This document shows, one piece after another, positions 32,061-43,870 of a stretch of 64,000 bases of DNA. The translations under genes were made by a program, and so were the position numbers. The stretch spans positions 1-64,000 of the forward strand of contig CAWFOM010000028.1 in assembly GCA_963817385.1 (NCBI GenBank), given 5' to 3'. This DNA comes from an uncultured delta proteobacterium (GTDB taxonomy: Bacteria; Desulfobacterota; Syntrophia; Syntrophales; UBA5619). The notes beneath the pieces were generated by a model that saw nothing but the letters and a program-made list of their open reading frames with translations, did no database searches and was not told where the DNA came from. How positions within the stretch are numbered: the first letter of the stretch is position 1; each line of letters starts with the position of its first letter.

Positions 32061-32609
32061 TCAGAAGATGAAAACGGCCGCTGCGATGACCGTGGTGAAT
32101 CCTCCGCTTTTCACGATGGTCGACTGGGTGACGTTCCGGGTTCTGACGATCTTGCCGCTGATCTTGAAGATCTCCTTCTTCTCATCCCAGCTTTCGTCGA
32201 CATTGAAATCGATTCCCAGTGTGGAGGCCAGCATGGCTGCAGCCATGTCCTCCGCGTAGTCTCCCGCCTGTTTTTCCGTCTGGCCGTAGGCATGGTGTTC
32301 ACTGATATAGCCGTAGGAGGTCTGGTCGGCCGGAATGGCGCAGCCGACCGACGCGGCCAGGAGACGCTTCGGTTCGTTGCTGCAGCAGCGCCCCATGACG
32401 CAGAAGGTGATTCCCCCCGAAACGAGCTCCTTGAGCCCCTGGGGTTTGGAGATCATCCGGCAGTGGGGCGGAATGATGCTGGAGACCTGCACCAGGTTGC
32501 ACCGTTCTATCCCTGCGTCTCTCAGCGCACGCTCGAAAGAGTGGAGTTCATCCCGGTGGGTGCCGACGCCTTTTGTGAAAAAGATCCTACTCGGAACAAG
32601 ACCCTTCAT
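32061..32609 (-). CDS. pdaD: Pyruvoyl-dependent arginine decarboxylase
   Basis: SFERALRDAGI..NLVQVSSIIPP self-cleavage motif; YGYISEH. Confidence 0.88.
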   Translation of the reverse strand: MKGLVPSRIFFTKGVGTHRDELHSFERALRDAGIERCNLVQVSSIIPPHCRMISKPQGLKELVSGGITFCVMGRCCSNEPKRLLAASVGCAIPADQTSYGYISEHHAYGQTEKQAGDYAEDMAAAMLASTLGIDFNVDESWDEKKEIFKISGKIVRTRNVTQSTIVKSGGFTTVIAAAVFIF

Positions 32610-32912
32610 CCGTCGTATCGCCTCATCGATATGATGTGACCCGGAAGCAGCACATGCAGCATCGCGATGAACGCAAACTCTCTGACTCCATTTGCCGAGA
32701 TCATGAGCCCGTGCCTTCCCTTCTTCCATCGCGGTTCGTCGCCGTCCGTCCCCGGAGCGGAGGCGGAGGGACAATTAATTCGCAGGGAATATACCAAGCT
32801 TCCCGGGCGAATGCCATAAAAATATTTTTCATCCCGGACGGGATCATCCCGAAAACGGTTGCAGGAATCCACGAAAATCTCTACACTGCGGAAAAAGGAA
32901 CGGGAGGGTTTC

Positions 32913-34280
32913 TTGAGAAAGAACGGATACGGCCCGATACTGCTGATGCTGCTAGCTGCTGCTCCTGTCGGGCGGCGATGCCCGGGGGGCGGCGATCCGG
33001 GATCTCAGCGATCTCAGGCAGGATCCGCGCGTCTATGTCGATCGGAGGGCAGCGGATCTTCCCCTCCTGCCGGCGGAGATACAGGGCAGCCTGAATGCCG
33101 CCTATGACGCTCCTCGCATTTCGCCCCCTGGCATCAGACAGTCCCCCGTCACACGCTGGAACAGGTTTCCTGGGGGTTTAAGGAATACGGCAGCAATCCC
33201 GGGTTACGGGAAGGACGGGAGACGGCATCCCGCGGACTGGATCCGGAAAATGGCCGTGAATGCCCATCTCGACGATTATCCGCAGGGCGGATTTCCCGCC
33301 GTAACCGTGAGCCGAATCGATTTTCGCGTCCTCCCCACCCGGGATCGCCATTCCCGCATTCCGAAGCGTCCGGGCGGAGACAACCCGTTCGACAATCTCC
33401 AGGAATCATCCGCCCCTCCCGGGACGCCCGTCCTGGTGACGCCATATCAGCCGCGACCGGAAGTGGCTTCTCACGGAGACGAGCTACGCCCTCGGCTGGG
33501 TGCCGGCGACGGATCGTCGCGGCGGTGGATGCGGAGTTCATGCAGAGCTGGGAGAGCGGCCGGTATGCGGCGATCGTCCGGGACAAGGCGCCCGTCCGGG
33601 ATGATGCGGGCAAGCGCCTTTTTCCGGGCGCCGCTGGGAGCGGTCTTCCCGAAGGACGGGCGAGGGCGCCGGCTACGCCTGGATCCTGACGGCGGTGCGC
33701 GACGCCCGGGGGAAGGCGCACCTCCGGAAGGCGTGGGTGCCAAAGGCCGCGACGGCGGACAAACCTCTCCCGTTCACCCCGCGTCACATGGCGCAGCTGG
33801 CCGCCGGAGCTCGCCGGCGAACCCTACGGATGGGGCGGGATGAATGGGAAAAGGGATTGCTCCTCGCTGATCCGCGATCTCTTCACCCCGTTCGGGCTTT
33901 GGCTCCCCCGCAATTCCCGGGAGCAGGCCGAGGCCGGGAGGTTCATCAGCCTCAAGAATCTCCCGTCGGCGGAAAAGGAGGCGCTGATCATCCGGCAGGG
34001 GGTGCCCTGGCGGACCCTCCTCTGGACGCCGGGGCACATCATGCTCTATATCGGCGTCCATCAGGGGCAGCCCCTGATCTTCCACAATTTCTGGAGCATC
34101 AAGACGCGGGATGCGGCGGGGAACAAGGGACGGGTCATCGTGGGACGTGCGGCGGTGACGACGCTTCAGCCGGGCCGCGAGCTCTCCGGCGGGGATCTTC
34201 CCCGGGCCGATGTCGAGGGGATGACCCTCCTCGGGGAGCCGCCGGAGGCGGAGCCGACGCAGCCGGAGGCGACGCCATGA
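32913..34280 (+). CDS. SH3/NlpC-P60 peptidoglycan endopeptidase (heavily frameshifted)
   Basis: YGWGG..GKRDCSS, FGLWLPRNS, PGHIMLYIG; upstream NPFDNLQES. Confidence 0.8.
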
Positions 34281-35170
34281 GCCGGGGGCGTCTGCCGGCG
34301 GATCGCGGAAGGCAACGGGCTCTTCCCGGTGGCAAGTACAAGCTGACGATCGAATACGACGGGACCGGCTTCAGCGGCTGGCAGACGCAGACGAACGCCC
34401 GGAGCATCCAGGGGACGCTGATCGATGCGGCCCGGGAGCTCTTCGGCGGGGAGGTGGATCTCCAGGGGGCGGGAAGGACCGATGCCGGCGTCCATGCCCT
34501 TGCCCAGGTGGCCCATCTGGACGCCCCCCGCCGCCTCCCGCCGCAGCGGATCCTCTATGGCCTGAACGACCTCCTGCCCGCCCCGATCAACATCCTGAAG
34601 GTCGAAGAGGCGCCGGCAGGCTTCCACGCCCGCCATCATGCCCGCCAGAGGAGCTATCTCTACCTGATCTCGCGATGCGCGGACGGCCTTCGGCAAACGC
34701 TATGTCTGGTGGGTGAAGGATGACCTCGACCTCGGCCGGATGCGGGCAGCGGCGGAGATCTTCCGGGGATTCCACGATTTCGCCTCCTTCGCCGACAAGC
34801 GGATCGACAAGCACCTCTCCACGGAGGTGCAGATCGACCGGACGGACCTTGCGACCTGGGGAGACCTGATCGTCTTTCGGATCGTCGGCTCCCACTTCCT
34901 CTGGAAGATGGTCCGCCGGCTCGTCGGGATCATGGTCGAGGCGGGACGCGGGACGCCTCTCTCGCAGCCGAGATCGAGCAGATGCTGACCGAGGCCTCGG
35001 CGCTCCCCGCGCAGTGCACGGCGCCCCCCTCGGGGCTCTTCCTCGCCCAGGTCCTCTACGAGGGGGATCGCCTGGCGCCCCTCACGCTTCCGCCGTTTCC
35101 CCTTCTTCCTCCGGTCGAAGGCTTTCCTCGCCTGCCGTCAAAATCCTTGCAGATACCGGAGAACCTGTGA
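34277..35170 (+). CDS. truA: tRNA pseudouridine(38-40) synthase (frameshifts)
   Basis: EYDGTGFSGWQ, AGRTDAGVHA, FHAR, HDFASF, FLWKMVR, TAPPSGLFL. Confidence 0.92.
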
Positions 35171-35451
35171 TAAATTTATCATCCACATTTCACTGGCGGG
35201 CCTCTCCTTCGCGGTACGGAACTTCTTCCCGATGCCGGAGGGGACGCCGGGCGTCGGCAGGCGCAACAGCGCCTCCGGCTTGCATTTCCGGTGACGATTT
35301 TCGGTTTCTCTCTTTTTACCGCGGAGACACGCGTACGGGCGGCTAAAACACTGTCCCCTCACATCCTTCCGTTTAGCCCGATGCATGCGCGGCTTTCCCA
35401 CGCGGATGGAGGGGGAACGATCAGCGCAGAAGACGACAGGAGAGGTGAACC

Positions 35452-37314
35452 ATGGCGAAGGGGTATGCCGGGCGGTTTCTGCGTGTCGACCTGACGGAAG
35501 GTCGCTGTCGGACTTCACCATCGACGATCAGCTGTTGCGGAAATTCATCGGGGGGAGCGCCCTGGGGGCGAAGCTCTTTCTGGACGGCTATTCCCTGAGC
35601 GCCGATCCCCTCGCCCCGGAGAGCCCGCTCATGGTGATGACCGGGCCCATGGTGGGGAGCGGTTTCCCGGGGACCTCCCGCTTCGCGGTCTGCGCAAAGT
35701 CCCCCCTGACCGGGATCTGGGGGGAGTCGGCCTGCGGCGGGACGTTCGGTCCGGAGCTGAAGAAGGCGGGCTATGACGGGATCGTGATCACCGGCCAGTC
35801 AGCCGCACCGGTCCTGCTTTCCATCGTGGAGGGGAAGGCGCATCTGATCGATGCCGCGGGACTCTGGGGGAAGGACGTCTATGAGACCACCGATCTGCTC
35901 AAGAAGGGCGATCCCGGCCTCAAGGTCCTCGCCATCGGTCCCGCCGGGGAGAACCTCGTCCGGTTCGCCGCGATCGGAAACGACAAGGGCCATTTCGTCG
36001 GCCGGACGGGCCTCGGGGCCGTCATGGGGGCCAAGCGGCTCAAGGCGATCTCGGTCCGGGGGAGCGGAAAGCTGGAAAAGGCCGACGAAACCCGCTACCG
36101 GGAGCTCCAGAAGGAGGCCCTCCAGGAGATCAAGGAGTCGGCCCTGGCCGGCTCGCTCCGCGCGATGGGCTCCGACGCGAACATGGACATCGGCATGATC
36201 AACGGGGACGTGCCGGTCAAGAACTGGTCCGTCGGCGAGGATTTCGAACTCTCCTCGGCGCTGAGCGGTCCGACGCTCTCCGAAACCTACCTCACCCGCG
36301 CCCACGCCTGCACCAACTGTCCGGTGGCCTGCAAGCGGGTCGTCGGGGTTCCCGACGGCCCCTTCCGGACGGAGGAGGGGCCGGGGCCGGAGTACGAGAC
36401 CTGCGGCACCTTCGGGACGATGATCATGAACCGGGATCTCGCCGGGGTGATCAAGGCCAACGAGCTGTGCAACCGCTACGGGATGGACACGATCAGTTGC
36501 GGGGCGGCCATCGCCTGGGCGATGGAGCTCTTCGAAAAGGGGATCCTGACGACGAAGGAGACCGACGGCCTCGAGCTGACCTGGGGGAACATGGAGGCCG
36601 TCCTTCCGCTCCTGCCGCGGATCGCCCGCCGGGAGGGATTCGGCGATCTGCTCGCCGAGGGGAGCCTCCGGGCCGCCCGGAAGTCGGCGGGAGCGCCGAG
36701 GACGCGGTCGTCCACGTCAAGGGGCTGGATCTTCCGATGCACGACCCGCGCGGTTTCCACGGGATGGGGCTCGCCTACATGATGTCGAACCGGGGGGCCT
36801 GCCACCTCCAGCATGCCGTCCTGGCCACGGAGCAGGGGATGGCCTCCTGGCCCCAGCTTTTTCCCATGAAGGACGACTACCAGGGGACGACGAGCGAGGG
36901 GAAGGCGGAGCTCGTCTTTCATGCGGAGAACTACGGGATCCTCGGGAACTCGCTTTCGATCTGCCACTATCTCACCGACTGCCTGAAGCCGGAGACGATC
37001 CGGGACGCCTTCAACGCGATCACGGGCTTCGATTACAGCTTCGGCGACCTGATGGCCTGCGGCGCCCGGGACTGGACGCTGAAACGGGGGATCAACAATC
37101 TCCTCGGGGTGACGGCGAAGGACGACGTCCTGCCGAAGCGGATCATGACGCCGCTCAAGGAAGGCGCCGGCGCCGGTTCGGTTCCCGACGTGGAGAAGCT
37201 GAAGAGCGAGTATTACACCCTCCGGGGGCTGGATGAACGGGGGTTCCCGCGGGAGGAGAAACTCCGGGAACTGGGGCTCGACGATCTCCGGGAGAGGCTC
37301 TACGCAAACAATAA
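35452..37314 (+). CDS. aor: Tungsten aldehyde:ferredoxin oxidoreductase family protein (frameshifts near the start, 36680 and the end)
   Basis: KSPLTG, IGPAGENLV, GRTGLGAVMGAK, CTNCPVAC, PEYET, CNRYGMDTIS, DPRG, RGACH. Confidence 0.9.
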
Positions 37315-37326
37315 AGGAGGTGCGGC

Positions 37327-37782
37327 ATGTACAAGAAAGTCCTGGTTCCGCTGGACGGTTCGGCGCTGGCCGAGTGCGCGCTGGATCATGTCAAGGCGCT
37401 GGTCAAAGAGGGCTCCGCGGGAGAGGTGACGCTGCTCAATGTCGTCAAGGTGGATGTCCCCTGGGCCGAGCTGTACGGGCAGCATTTCGATATCAACGCG
37501 ATGCGGGAAGCCCTCTTTGCCTCGGCGAGGAAGTATCTTGCCGATGTGGAAGCGCGCCTCGGCGCCGAAGGGATCAAGGTAAAAACGGAGGCCCTCGAGG
37601 CCAACCGGCCTGCCCACGCGATCACGGATTATGCCCGGAAGAACGGCATCGACCTGATCGTCATTGCCACCCACGGGTATACGGGGATGAAAAAGCTGAT
37701 GCTGGGCAGCGTGGCCCTGAGCGTCCTGCACGACTCCCAGGTTCCCGTGCTCTTGATCAGGCCGGAATCGTGTCGCGGATAG
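37327..37782 (+). CDS. Universal stress protein
   Basis: VPLDGS, DLIVIATHG, LGSVA, VPVLLIR. Confidence 0.92.
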   Translation: MYKKVLVPLDGSALAECALDHVKALVKEGSAGEVTLLNVVKVDVPWAELYGQHFDINAMREALFASARKYLADVEARLGAEGIKVKTEALEANRPAHAITDYARKNGIDLIVIATHGYTGMKKLMLGSVALSVLHDSQVPVLLIRPESCRG

Positions 37783-37814
37783 GGGACGGGAACATCATGA
37801 CAAAGGAGGAGACG

Positions 37815-38240
37815 ATGGCGAAATATCAGGCGATGACACAGGAATGGCTCGATGCGTGGAAGCAGAAGATCGCGGAGTCGAAGGAGTACAGGGAGATCGC
37901 GAAGAACTGGGAGGGGAGCGTCTCGATCATCGTGAACCCCGATCCGGAGAAGGGGATCCCGGAGCCGATCTACCTCTTCACGGACTACTGGCACGGCGAC
38001 GTCCGGGATTTCCTCATCTGCGACAAGGCGAAGGCGGAGAGCGCCAAATTCGTCATGTCGGGCGACTACGCCCGCTGGAAGCAGGTGGCGAAGAAGGAGG
38101 TCGATTCCACCAAGGCCCTCATGCAGGGGAAACTGAAGCTCAAGGGCGATCTGACCTACGTGGTCCGGAACATCAAGACCGTGAACAAGGTGATCGATCT
38201 GCTCTGTGAAATCGAGACCGTCTGGCCGGACGAGGTGTAA
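37815..38240 (+). CDS. SCP2 sterol/lipid-binding domain protein
   Basis: EWLDAW, WEG, KALMQGKLKLKGDL. Confidence 0.85.
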   Translation: MAKYQAMTQEWLDAWKQKIAESKEYREIAKNWEGSVSIIVNPDPEKGIPEPIYLFTDYWHGDVRDFLICDKAKAESAKFVMSGDYARWKQVAKKEVDSTKALMQGKLKLKGDLTYVVRNIKTVNKVIDLLCEIETVWPDEV

Positions 38241-38277
38241 CGGGGCGGCGGGGATCCCGCCGCGGAAGGAGGCATCC

Positions 38278-39441
38278 ATGGCATACGATCGGGATTTGTC
38301 GTTTGTCTATTTCGGTCCGACGAAGGTCGTCTTCGGCGCCGGCGCCGCACGCGACTGCGAGATGGAGATGGCCGGTCTCGGCTGCGGCCGGGCGCTCGTC
38401 GTGACCGATCCGGGGGTGATGAAGGCGGGGCTGGTCGAGGGGGTCCTGAAGGCGCTCGGAGAGAAGTGCGTCGGCGTCTTCAGCGACGTTCCCCAGGATA
38501 CCGGCGTGGGCGTCGTGAACCGCGCCGCCGCCTTTGCCCGCGAGAAGGGGGCCGACTGCGTCGTCAGCGTGGGGGGCGGGAGCGTCATCGACACGGGGAA
38601 GGTGGTCTGCATCCTCCTGACGGAGGGGGGCGGCCTCGAGAACTTCGAGGGGATCCAGCTCCTCACCCGGCCGCAGACGCCGCACATCGTCATCCCGACG
38701 ACGGCCGGGACGGGGAGCGAGGTGACCAGCATGGCCGTCATCCTCGACGAGCGCAAGGGGCAGAAGATCCTCATCGTGGAGTACTTCAACACGCCGCGGA
38801 TCGCCATCCTCGATCCCCGGATGACGGAGAAGCTCCCGCCGCTCCTGACGGCCTCGACGGGGATGGATGCGATGACCCACGCCGTGGAGGCGCTGCAGTC
38901 GATGCAGCGCGAGCCGATCGCGGACGGGCTGGCCATGCATGCGATCCGCCTGCTCTCCCGCCATCTTCCCGTCTGTACGGAGACGGGGACGGATCTGGCG
39001 GCCCGGGGCCAGGTGCAGCTCGCCGCGACGATGGCCGGCTGGGCCTTCGGGAACGCGATGGTCGGCCTGGTCCATGCGATGGCCCACTCCCTCGGGGCGG
39101 TCGCCCGGGTGCCGCACGGGATCGCCAACGGCATCCTCCTGCCGCATGTGATGGCGTTCAACCTGGACGACGCGGCGGAGGGCTATGCGATGGTCGCCGA
39201 GGCCCTGGGCGTCCGGGAGAAGGGGATGGACGAGCGGGAGGCCGCAGAGGCGGCCGCCGAGGCGATCCGCTCCTTCCTCGGGCGGATCGGCCATCCCGTG
39301 CGGCTGTCGGCGGTGGGCGTGAAGGAGGAGGACCTTGCGAAGGCGGCGGCGCTGAGCCTCTCCGACGGGGCGATCGTCAACAATCCGCGGCCGGTCCTGG
39401 ATGCGGAGGAGGTCCTGGCCGTCTACCGGACGGCGTTCTGA
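38278..39441 (+). CDS. Iron-containing alcohol dehydrogenase
   Basis: GGGSVIDTGK, PTTAGTGSE, DAMTHAVE, HAMAH, PHGIAN. Confidence 0.93.
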   Translation: MAYDRDLSFVYFGPTKVVFGAGAARDCEMEMAGLGCGRALVVTDPGVMKAGLVEGVLKALGEKCVGVFSDVPQDTGVGVVNRAAAFAREKGADCVVSVGGGSVIDTGKVVCILLTEGGGLENFEGIQLLTRPQTPHIVIPTTAGTGSEVTSMAVILDERKGQKILIVEYFNTPRIAILDPRMTEKLPPLLTASTGMDAMTHAVEALQSMQREPIADGLAMHAIRLLSRHLPVCTETGTDLAARGQVQLAATMAGWAFGNAMVGLVHAMAHSLGAVARVPHGIANGILLPHVMAFNLDDAAEGYAMVAEALGVREKGMDEREAAEAAAEAIRSFLGRIGHPVRLSAVGVKEEDLAKAAALSLSDGAIVNNPRPVLDAEEVLAVYRTAF

Positions 39442-39446
39442 TCCTG

Positions 39447-39573
39447 GCAGGCTGTTGAAAAACGCTCATCTGCTGCGTTGCGCGGCAAGCCTCATCGCTC
39501 GACGTATCTCCATATACGCCTCGCTCTGCGGTCTTTCGCACGCCTTGCATCTAACCGTTTTTGAACAGCCTGC
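39447..39573. mobile_element. 127-bp MITE with 18-bp terminal inverted repeats
   Basis: GCAGGCTGTTGAAAAACG ... CGTTTTTGAACAGCCTGC (1 mismatch), inserted 6 bp after the ADH stop. Confidence 0.75.
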
Positions 39574-39613
39574 AAACCGCGGTGCATTTCAACACCCTTC
39601 TTATGGGGGCGGC

Positions 39614-40033
39614 ATGGAAGAGGGATTCATCGACAATCGCGCCGGAGAGGTTCCCTTTGCCGGAATCCTCGCGGACCTGCTGACGACGAACCTGACACAG
39701 CATCCCGAGAAGCAGGCGGTCTTCCGGCGCATGCGGGGAGTGGTGACCATCGATCTTGCGGATATCGAGACGGCAGTCACCCTTGTTTTCGAACGGGGGA
39801 GGCTCCGGATCCAATCGGAGCTCTCCGCCTGTCCGGATCTTCTCATCCGGACGGCGTCCGAGCTGGTGATGGACTTGAACGCCCTCAGGATCGTCGGGGG
39901 GCTTCCCTGGTATTTTGACGAGGCGGGACGGAGGGTGGTCGCCCATCTGCTGACCGGCCGGCTGAAGATTGCGGGGATGTTTTCTCATCCGCTTCTGCTG
40001 ACACGCTTGACAAATATCATGTCCGTCATGTAA
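39614..40033 (+). CDS. SCP2-like hypothetical protein
   Basis: TLVFERGRLRI...DLLIR...LLTGRLKIAG pattern. Confidence 0.6.
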   Translation: MEEGFIDNRAGEVPFAGILADLLTTNLTQHPEKQAVFRRMRGVVTIDLADIETAVTLVFERGRLRIQSELSACPDLLIRTASELVMDLNALRIVGGLPWYFDEAGRRVVAHLLTGRLKIAGMFSHPLLLTRLTNIMSVM

Positions 40034-40129
40034 GGGAAATCCGGTTACGTGCGGACAATGGGGCGGTACCTCTGCTCCCCGATGCGGGACGAACCGGTTT
40101 CTATTGATCCGGGCAAGAAGGGACACCTG

Positions 40130-40720
40130 ATGCAGAACCCGCCGACCGTCTGCGGCAAATCATACGAAGAGTTCTATCACGCGATAGAGCGCTTCCACGG
40201 ATGGAAGGCCCCCGGCGTGGTCATCGGGGGGTTCATGGTCGATTTGGCGCAGGAGCATATCGGCCCCGGCGTGGAAGCGGATGCGATCGTGGAGACCATC
40301 CACTGTCTGCCCGACGCAGTTCAGATCTTTACGCCGTGCACCTACGGCAATGGATGGATGAAGGTGATCGATTGGGACAAATTCGCCCTCACCCTCTACG
40401 ACAAGAAGACGCTGGAGGGTGCACGGGTCTGGCTCGACATCGAGAAGATCCGCCGCTTTCCCGATGTGTACAACTGGTATATGCGGTTGGTGCCGAAAGC
40501 CGATCTTCCCCTCGACGTCCTTCTGAAAAGCATCGAGGAGGCGGGGAGGCGACATGCTCTCCTGCGCTCCCGTGCGGGTCATCCGGTACCAGGGAAAACT
40601 CAAGAAGGGGAGGATCGAGATCTGTTCCCAATGCGGTGAAGCGTATCCCGCCAGCCAGGGCGACCGGTGCCTCTCCTGCCAGGGAAAGGGTTATTACGAA
40701 TTTTGCACCTCCCCGGATAG
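40130..40720 (+). CDS. FmdE family protein with C-terminal zinc finger (frameshift near 40550; end approximate)
   Basis: FHGWKAPG, ET..CLPDAVQ..TPCTYGNG, C..CGE...C..C. Confidence 0.85.
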
Positions 40721-40804
40721 CGGATTTCTTCGGGGAAAACGGATCAGTCCCGACCGGGACGTTCTCGTTCGCTACCGGGAAAACCGGGGCGATCTATCCT
40801 TCTT

Positions 40805-41662
40805 TCAGTCCGTCCGGAGGATATCGAGGAGCTCCCCGCCGAAACGGTGCACCTTCTCGGGAGTCAGGAGGCCCGCGCCCGCCATGGCGTCGAGGGAGGC
40901 ATTCTCCAGCCGTGAGAGACCGACGAGGTGCTGATCGGGGAGGATCATGAAGGGGGCGCGGTTGGTCTCCTGCGCCTTTTCGAAGCGCCAGCGAAAGAGC
41001 TCCCGGAGGCGCTCCTTCTGCCCGGAGGTCAGCGTCGAGTATCCCGGGAGCCTCCGGTGCGCCAGACGGTCAAGGATTTTGGGCTGCCAGATGACGGCCG
41101 TCATCCCGACGAAGAGCTGCTCGGCCTCTTTTTCCCTCCCTTTTTCATGGAGCTCCCGGTCGAGCCTCAGGGAGAGGTCGAGCAGATGGGCGGTATCGAG
41201 GGCGGCGTAGTCGAGTTGCTCCTGGGTGAGGGGGCGAAGATCCCACCGGGAACGCTGCATCTTCTTCACCAGGGTGACGCCGAGGTAGGACTCAAGAAGC
41301 TTGCCGAGGGCGAGTTGGCGACAGCCGATCAGCGAAGCGGCGCGGTGCGTGTCGAAGATATTCCGGAAGGCGAAGGCGTAGTCCCGCTTGAGGATGCGGA
41401 TATCGTTATCGCCGGCGTGGAGGATCTTGAGGACATCGGGATCGTTCAGGACATCGCCCAGGAAGGAGATATCGAGGCCTGCCAGCGGATCGATCAGCCA
41501 GGTCTTCTCCCCGGTCTGGACCTGGATGAGACAGAGCATGTCACGAAAATAGCGAAAGGAATCGTACTCCGTGTCGAGGGCGATAATCCCGGCGGCGCGG
41601 ATCGACCTTTCGGCCTCTGCCAGGTCCGACGGCGTTTCAACGAGTGTCCAGCGGCGTTTCAT
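40805..41662 (-). CDS. rnd: Ribonuclease D-like 3'-5' exonuclease with HRDC domain
   Basis: ALDTE, CLIQ, LHAGDND, FDT, SRW..RPLT.EQL.YAALD. Confidence 0.88.
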   Translation of the reverse strand: MKRRWTLVETPSDLAEAERSIRAAGIIALDTEYDSFRYFRDMLCLIQVQTGEKTWLIDPLAGLDISFLGDVLNDPDVLKILHAGDNDIRILKRDYAFAFRNIFDTHRAASLIGCRQLALGKLLESYLGVTLVKKMQRSRWDLRPLTQEQLDYAALDTAHLLDLSLRLDRELHEKGREKEAEQLFVGMTAVIWQPKILDRLAHRRLPGYSTLTSGQKERLRELFRWRFEKAQETNRAPFMILPDQHLVGLSRLENASLDAMAGAGLLTPEKVHRFGGELLDILRTD

Positions 41663-42451
41663 GCAATAATCCTCAGTCCGAAGTTCATCAGTATCAGGGC
41701 AGTCATGACGGCAAAAGCGGCGGCGTCCGTTCCGGTCAGCTTCAGTTCGCGAAGGGTGGTCCGCGGCCCCCGCCGGTAGCCCCTCGCCTCCATCGCCAGG
41801 GTGAGCTCGTCGGCGCGGCGGAAGGCGGAAAAGAGAAGCGCAACGGCGAGCGACGTGACGGCCCGCATCCGGAGCCGAACGCCTCCGGTTGTGAAATCGG
41901 CCCCCCGCGCCATCTGCGCTATCCGGAGCCGGTCGTACTCTTCCAGGAGGATCGGCACGAAGCGAAACGCCAGGGCGATCATCACGGCGATCTCCTGGGA
42001 AGGTATTCCCACCCGCGCAAGCGGCCGGAGCAGCCGTTCGATCCCCCCGACCAGATCGGAGGGGAGGGTGGTCATCGTGAGAATGGCGGCGCCGATCACG
42101 AGAGCGGCGAACTGCCATGTCACCTGGGCCGCCTGGAGCGATCCCCTCCCGGGTGATCGCAAGCGGGAGGGGCGAAAGCGCGAGGAGCGGCGTCCCTTCG
42201 GTTCCCAGCAGGTGCATGAGGAAGATCAGCGCCATGAAGACCGCGACCGGTCTGAGCGCCGCCGCCGTCTGCGCAAGCGTCAGCCGGGCGGTGCGGATGA
42301 CCGCAGCCAGAAAGAGGCTGATGAGCGCAATCCCCGCCGGCGTCGCCGCGAAGATCAGGAGACTCAACGCCATGACCGCGCCGATCTTCACCCGCGGATC
42401 GAGCCGGTGGAGGAGCGTATCCCCCGGCAGGTACTGACCAAGGGTAATCAT
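41659..42451 (-). CDS. ecfT: ECF transporter transmembrane component T (frameshift near 42140)
   Basis: GQYLPG.T.LHRLDPRVK, LAFRFVP, AQMARG, AMEARGY. Confidence 0.9.
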
Positions 42452-43220
42452 GATGCCCTCGCAGGAATCCGGCGATACTGCCGATCAATCACGACAAACC
42501 CTCCGCACGGCAATCAAGGCCGATGGCCCGGAGGCAATCGGGACGGCCGAAAACCTCCCCCGGCGTTCCCTCGGTCAGGATGCCGCCCCGGTCCATCACC
42601 ACGATCCGGTCCGCACCGGCGACATCCCGCATGATCGTGGGCGATGTGGATGATCGCCATCCCCTCCCGGTGCAGTCTCCCGATGATCTCCAGCACCCGC
42701 TGCCTTCCCGCGGATCGAGGTAGGCCGTCGGTTCGTCGAAGGCGATGTAGCGGGGGGCCATCGCGAGCACCCCGGCGATGGAAAGGAGGCGCTTCTCGCC
42801 GCCGGAGAGGGTATGGGGGGGGCGCTTCTCGACTCCTGACAGCCCGACCATCGCGAGACAGTCGTCGACTCGCCGGCGAATCTCCGCCGCGGGCAGGGCG
42901 AGGTTGCCCGGACCGAAGGCCACGTCCTCCTCGACGGTCATTCCCACGATCTGGCTGTCCGGGTTCTGGAAGACCATCCCGACCCGCCGCCGGATCTCCC
43001 GGACGGAGGCGTTGTCGGTCGTGATCATCCCGTCCACCCGCACCGAGCCCGCCGTGGGAAACAGGAGGGCGTTGAGGTGCTTGATCAGTGTTGTCTTGCC
43101 GCAGCCGTTCGGGCCGATCAGGGCGGTATGCGTCCCCTCCCCGATCGTGAGGGTGATCCCTCTGAGGATCTCGGGGGTCTCCTCATCGTAGCGGTAGACA
43201 AGGTCTTCGACACGGATCAT
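42448..43220 (-). CDS. ecfA: ECF transporter ATPase (frameshifts at the 3' end)
   Basis: GPNGCGKTT, FQNPDSQ, LSGGEK, DEPTAYLD. Confidence 0.88.
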
Positions 43221-43631
43221 CGGGGCTTCTCGTCGGACTGAACCCGGTACTGAAACGCGGTAAGCGTTCCCGAATGGGAAGCAAAGGCCCTGCCGCGGAG
43301 GGATGTCTGTTCGGTATTCATCGTTTCTCGTATGCCTTTCACGCTCCCCCACGGGGAGACTGGGGGCGTATTCTTTTCAATTTCTCTTTCCGGTCCTTAC
43401 CGGCCGGCCGAACGAGGATACTCATACTGCGCTTCTTCAAGAAATTCAACATATTTTGCGCCACCGAAGACGGCCCGCCGTCTCTTCTCCCGGCCGGCCG
43501 GTCGACAGGGTAACATATCAGCGAAGATTATCATGAATAGATCTTGACAATGAGAAAAATATAACTATTATGAATGCCTAAACGAGGGGTTGTCCCTCAG
43601 TTCCTAATTCCTGAAAGGAGGAGGTACACAC

Positions 43632-43841
43632 ATGAAGAAAGTATTAGCTGTTATTTTTTCCCTGTTTTTCTTCGCGGCATTATCTTTTGCAGTTGTAGGG
43701 TGCAAGAAGGCCGAAGAGCAGAAACCGGCTGAGGCGCCCAAGGCGGCTGAGGCTCCGGCTCCTGCCGCGGCTCCCGCACCGGCTCCCGCGCCCGCTCCGG
43801 CTCCTGCTCCGGCGGCACCGGCACCGGCACCGGCCAAGTAA
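43632..43841 (+). CDS. Small Pro/Ala-rich lipoprotein
   Basis: GGAGG RBS, VVGC lipobox, AP repeats; TTGACA (43544) and TATTAT (43566) upstream. Confidence 0.8.
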   Translation: MKKVLAVIFSLFFFAALSFAVVGCKKAEEQKPAEAPKAAEAPAPAAAPAPAPAPAPAPAPAAPAPAPAK

Positions 43842-43870
43842 TTTACCCGTCACCATAGCCACGAAGAGAG

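Noticed and set aside
40805..42451. EcfT-RNase D fusion (548-aa ORF)
   Set aside because: The middle of the ORF is out-of-frame EcfT; the two genes overlap by ATGA at 41659-41662
43730..43838. GCTCCG-type short repeats as a non-coding repeat element
   Set aside because: They encode the Ala-Pro tail of a small lipoprotein
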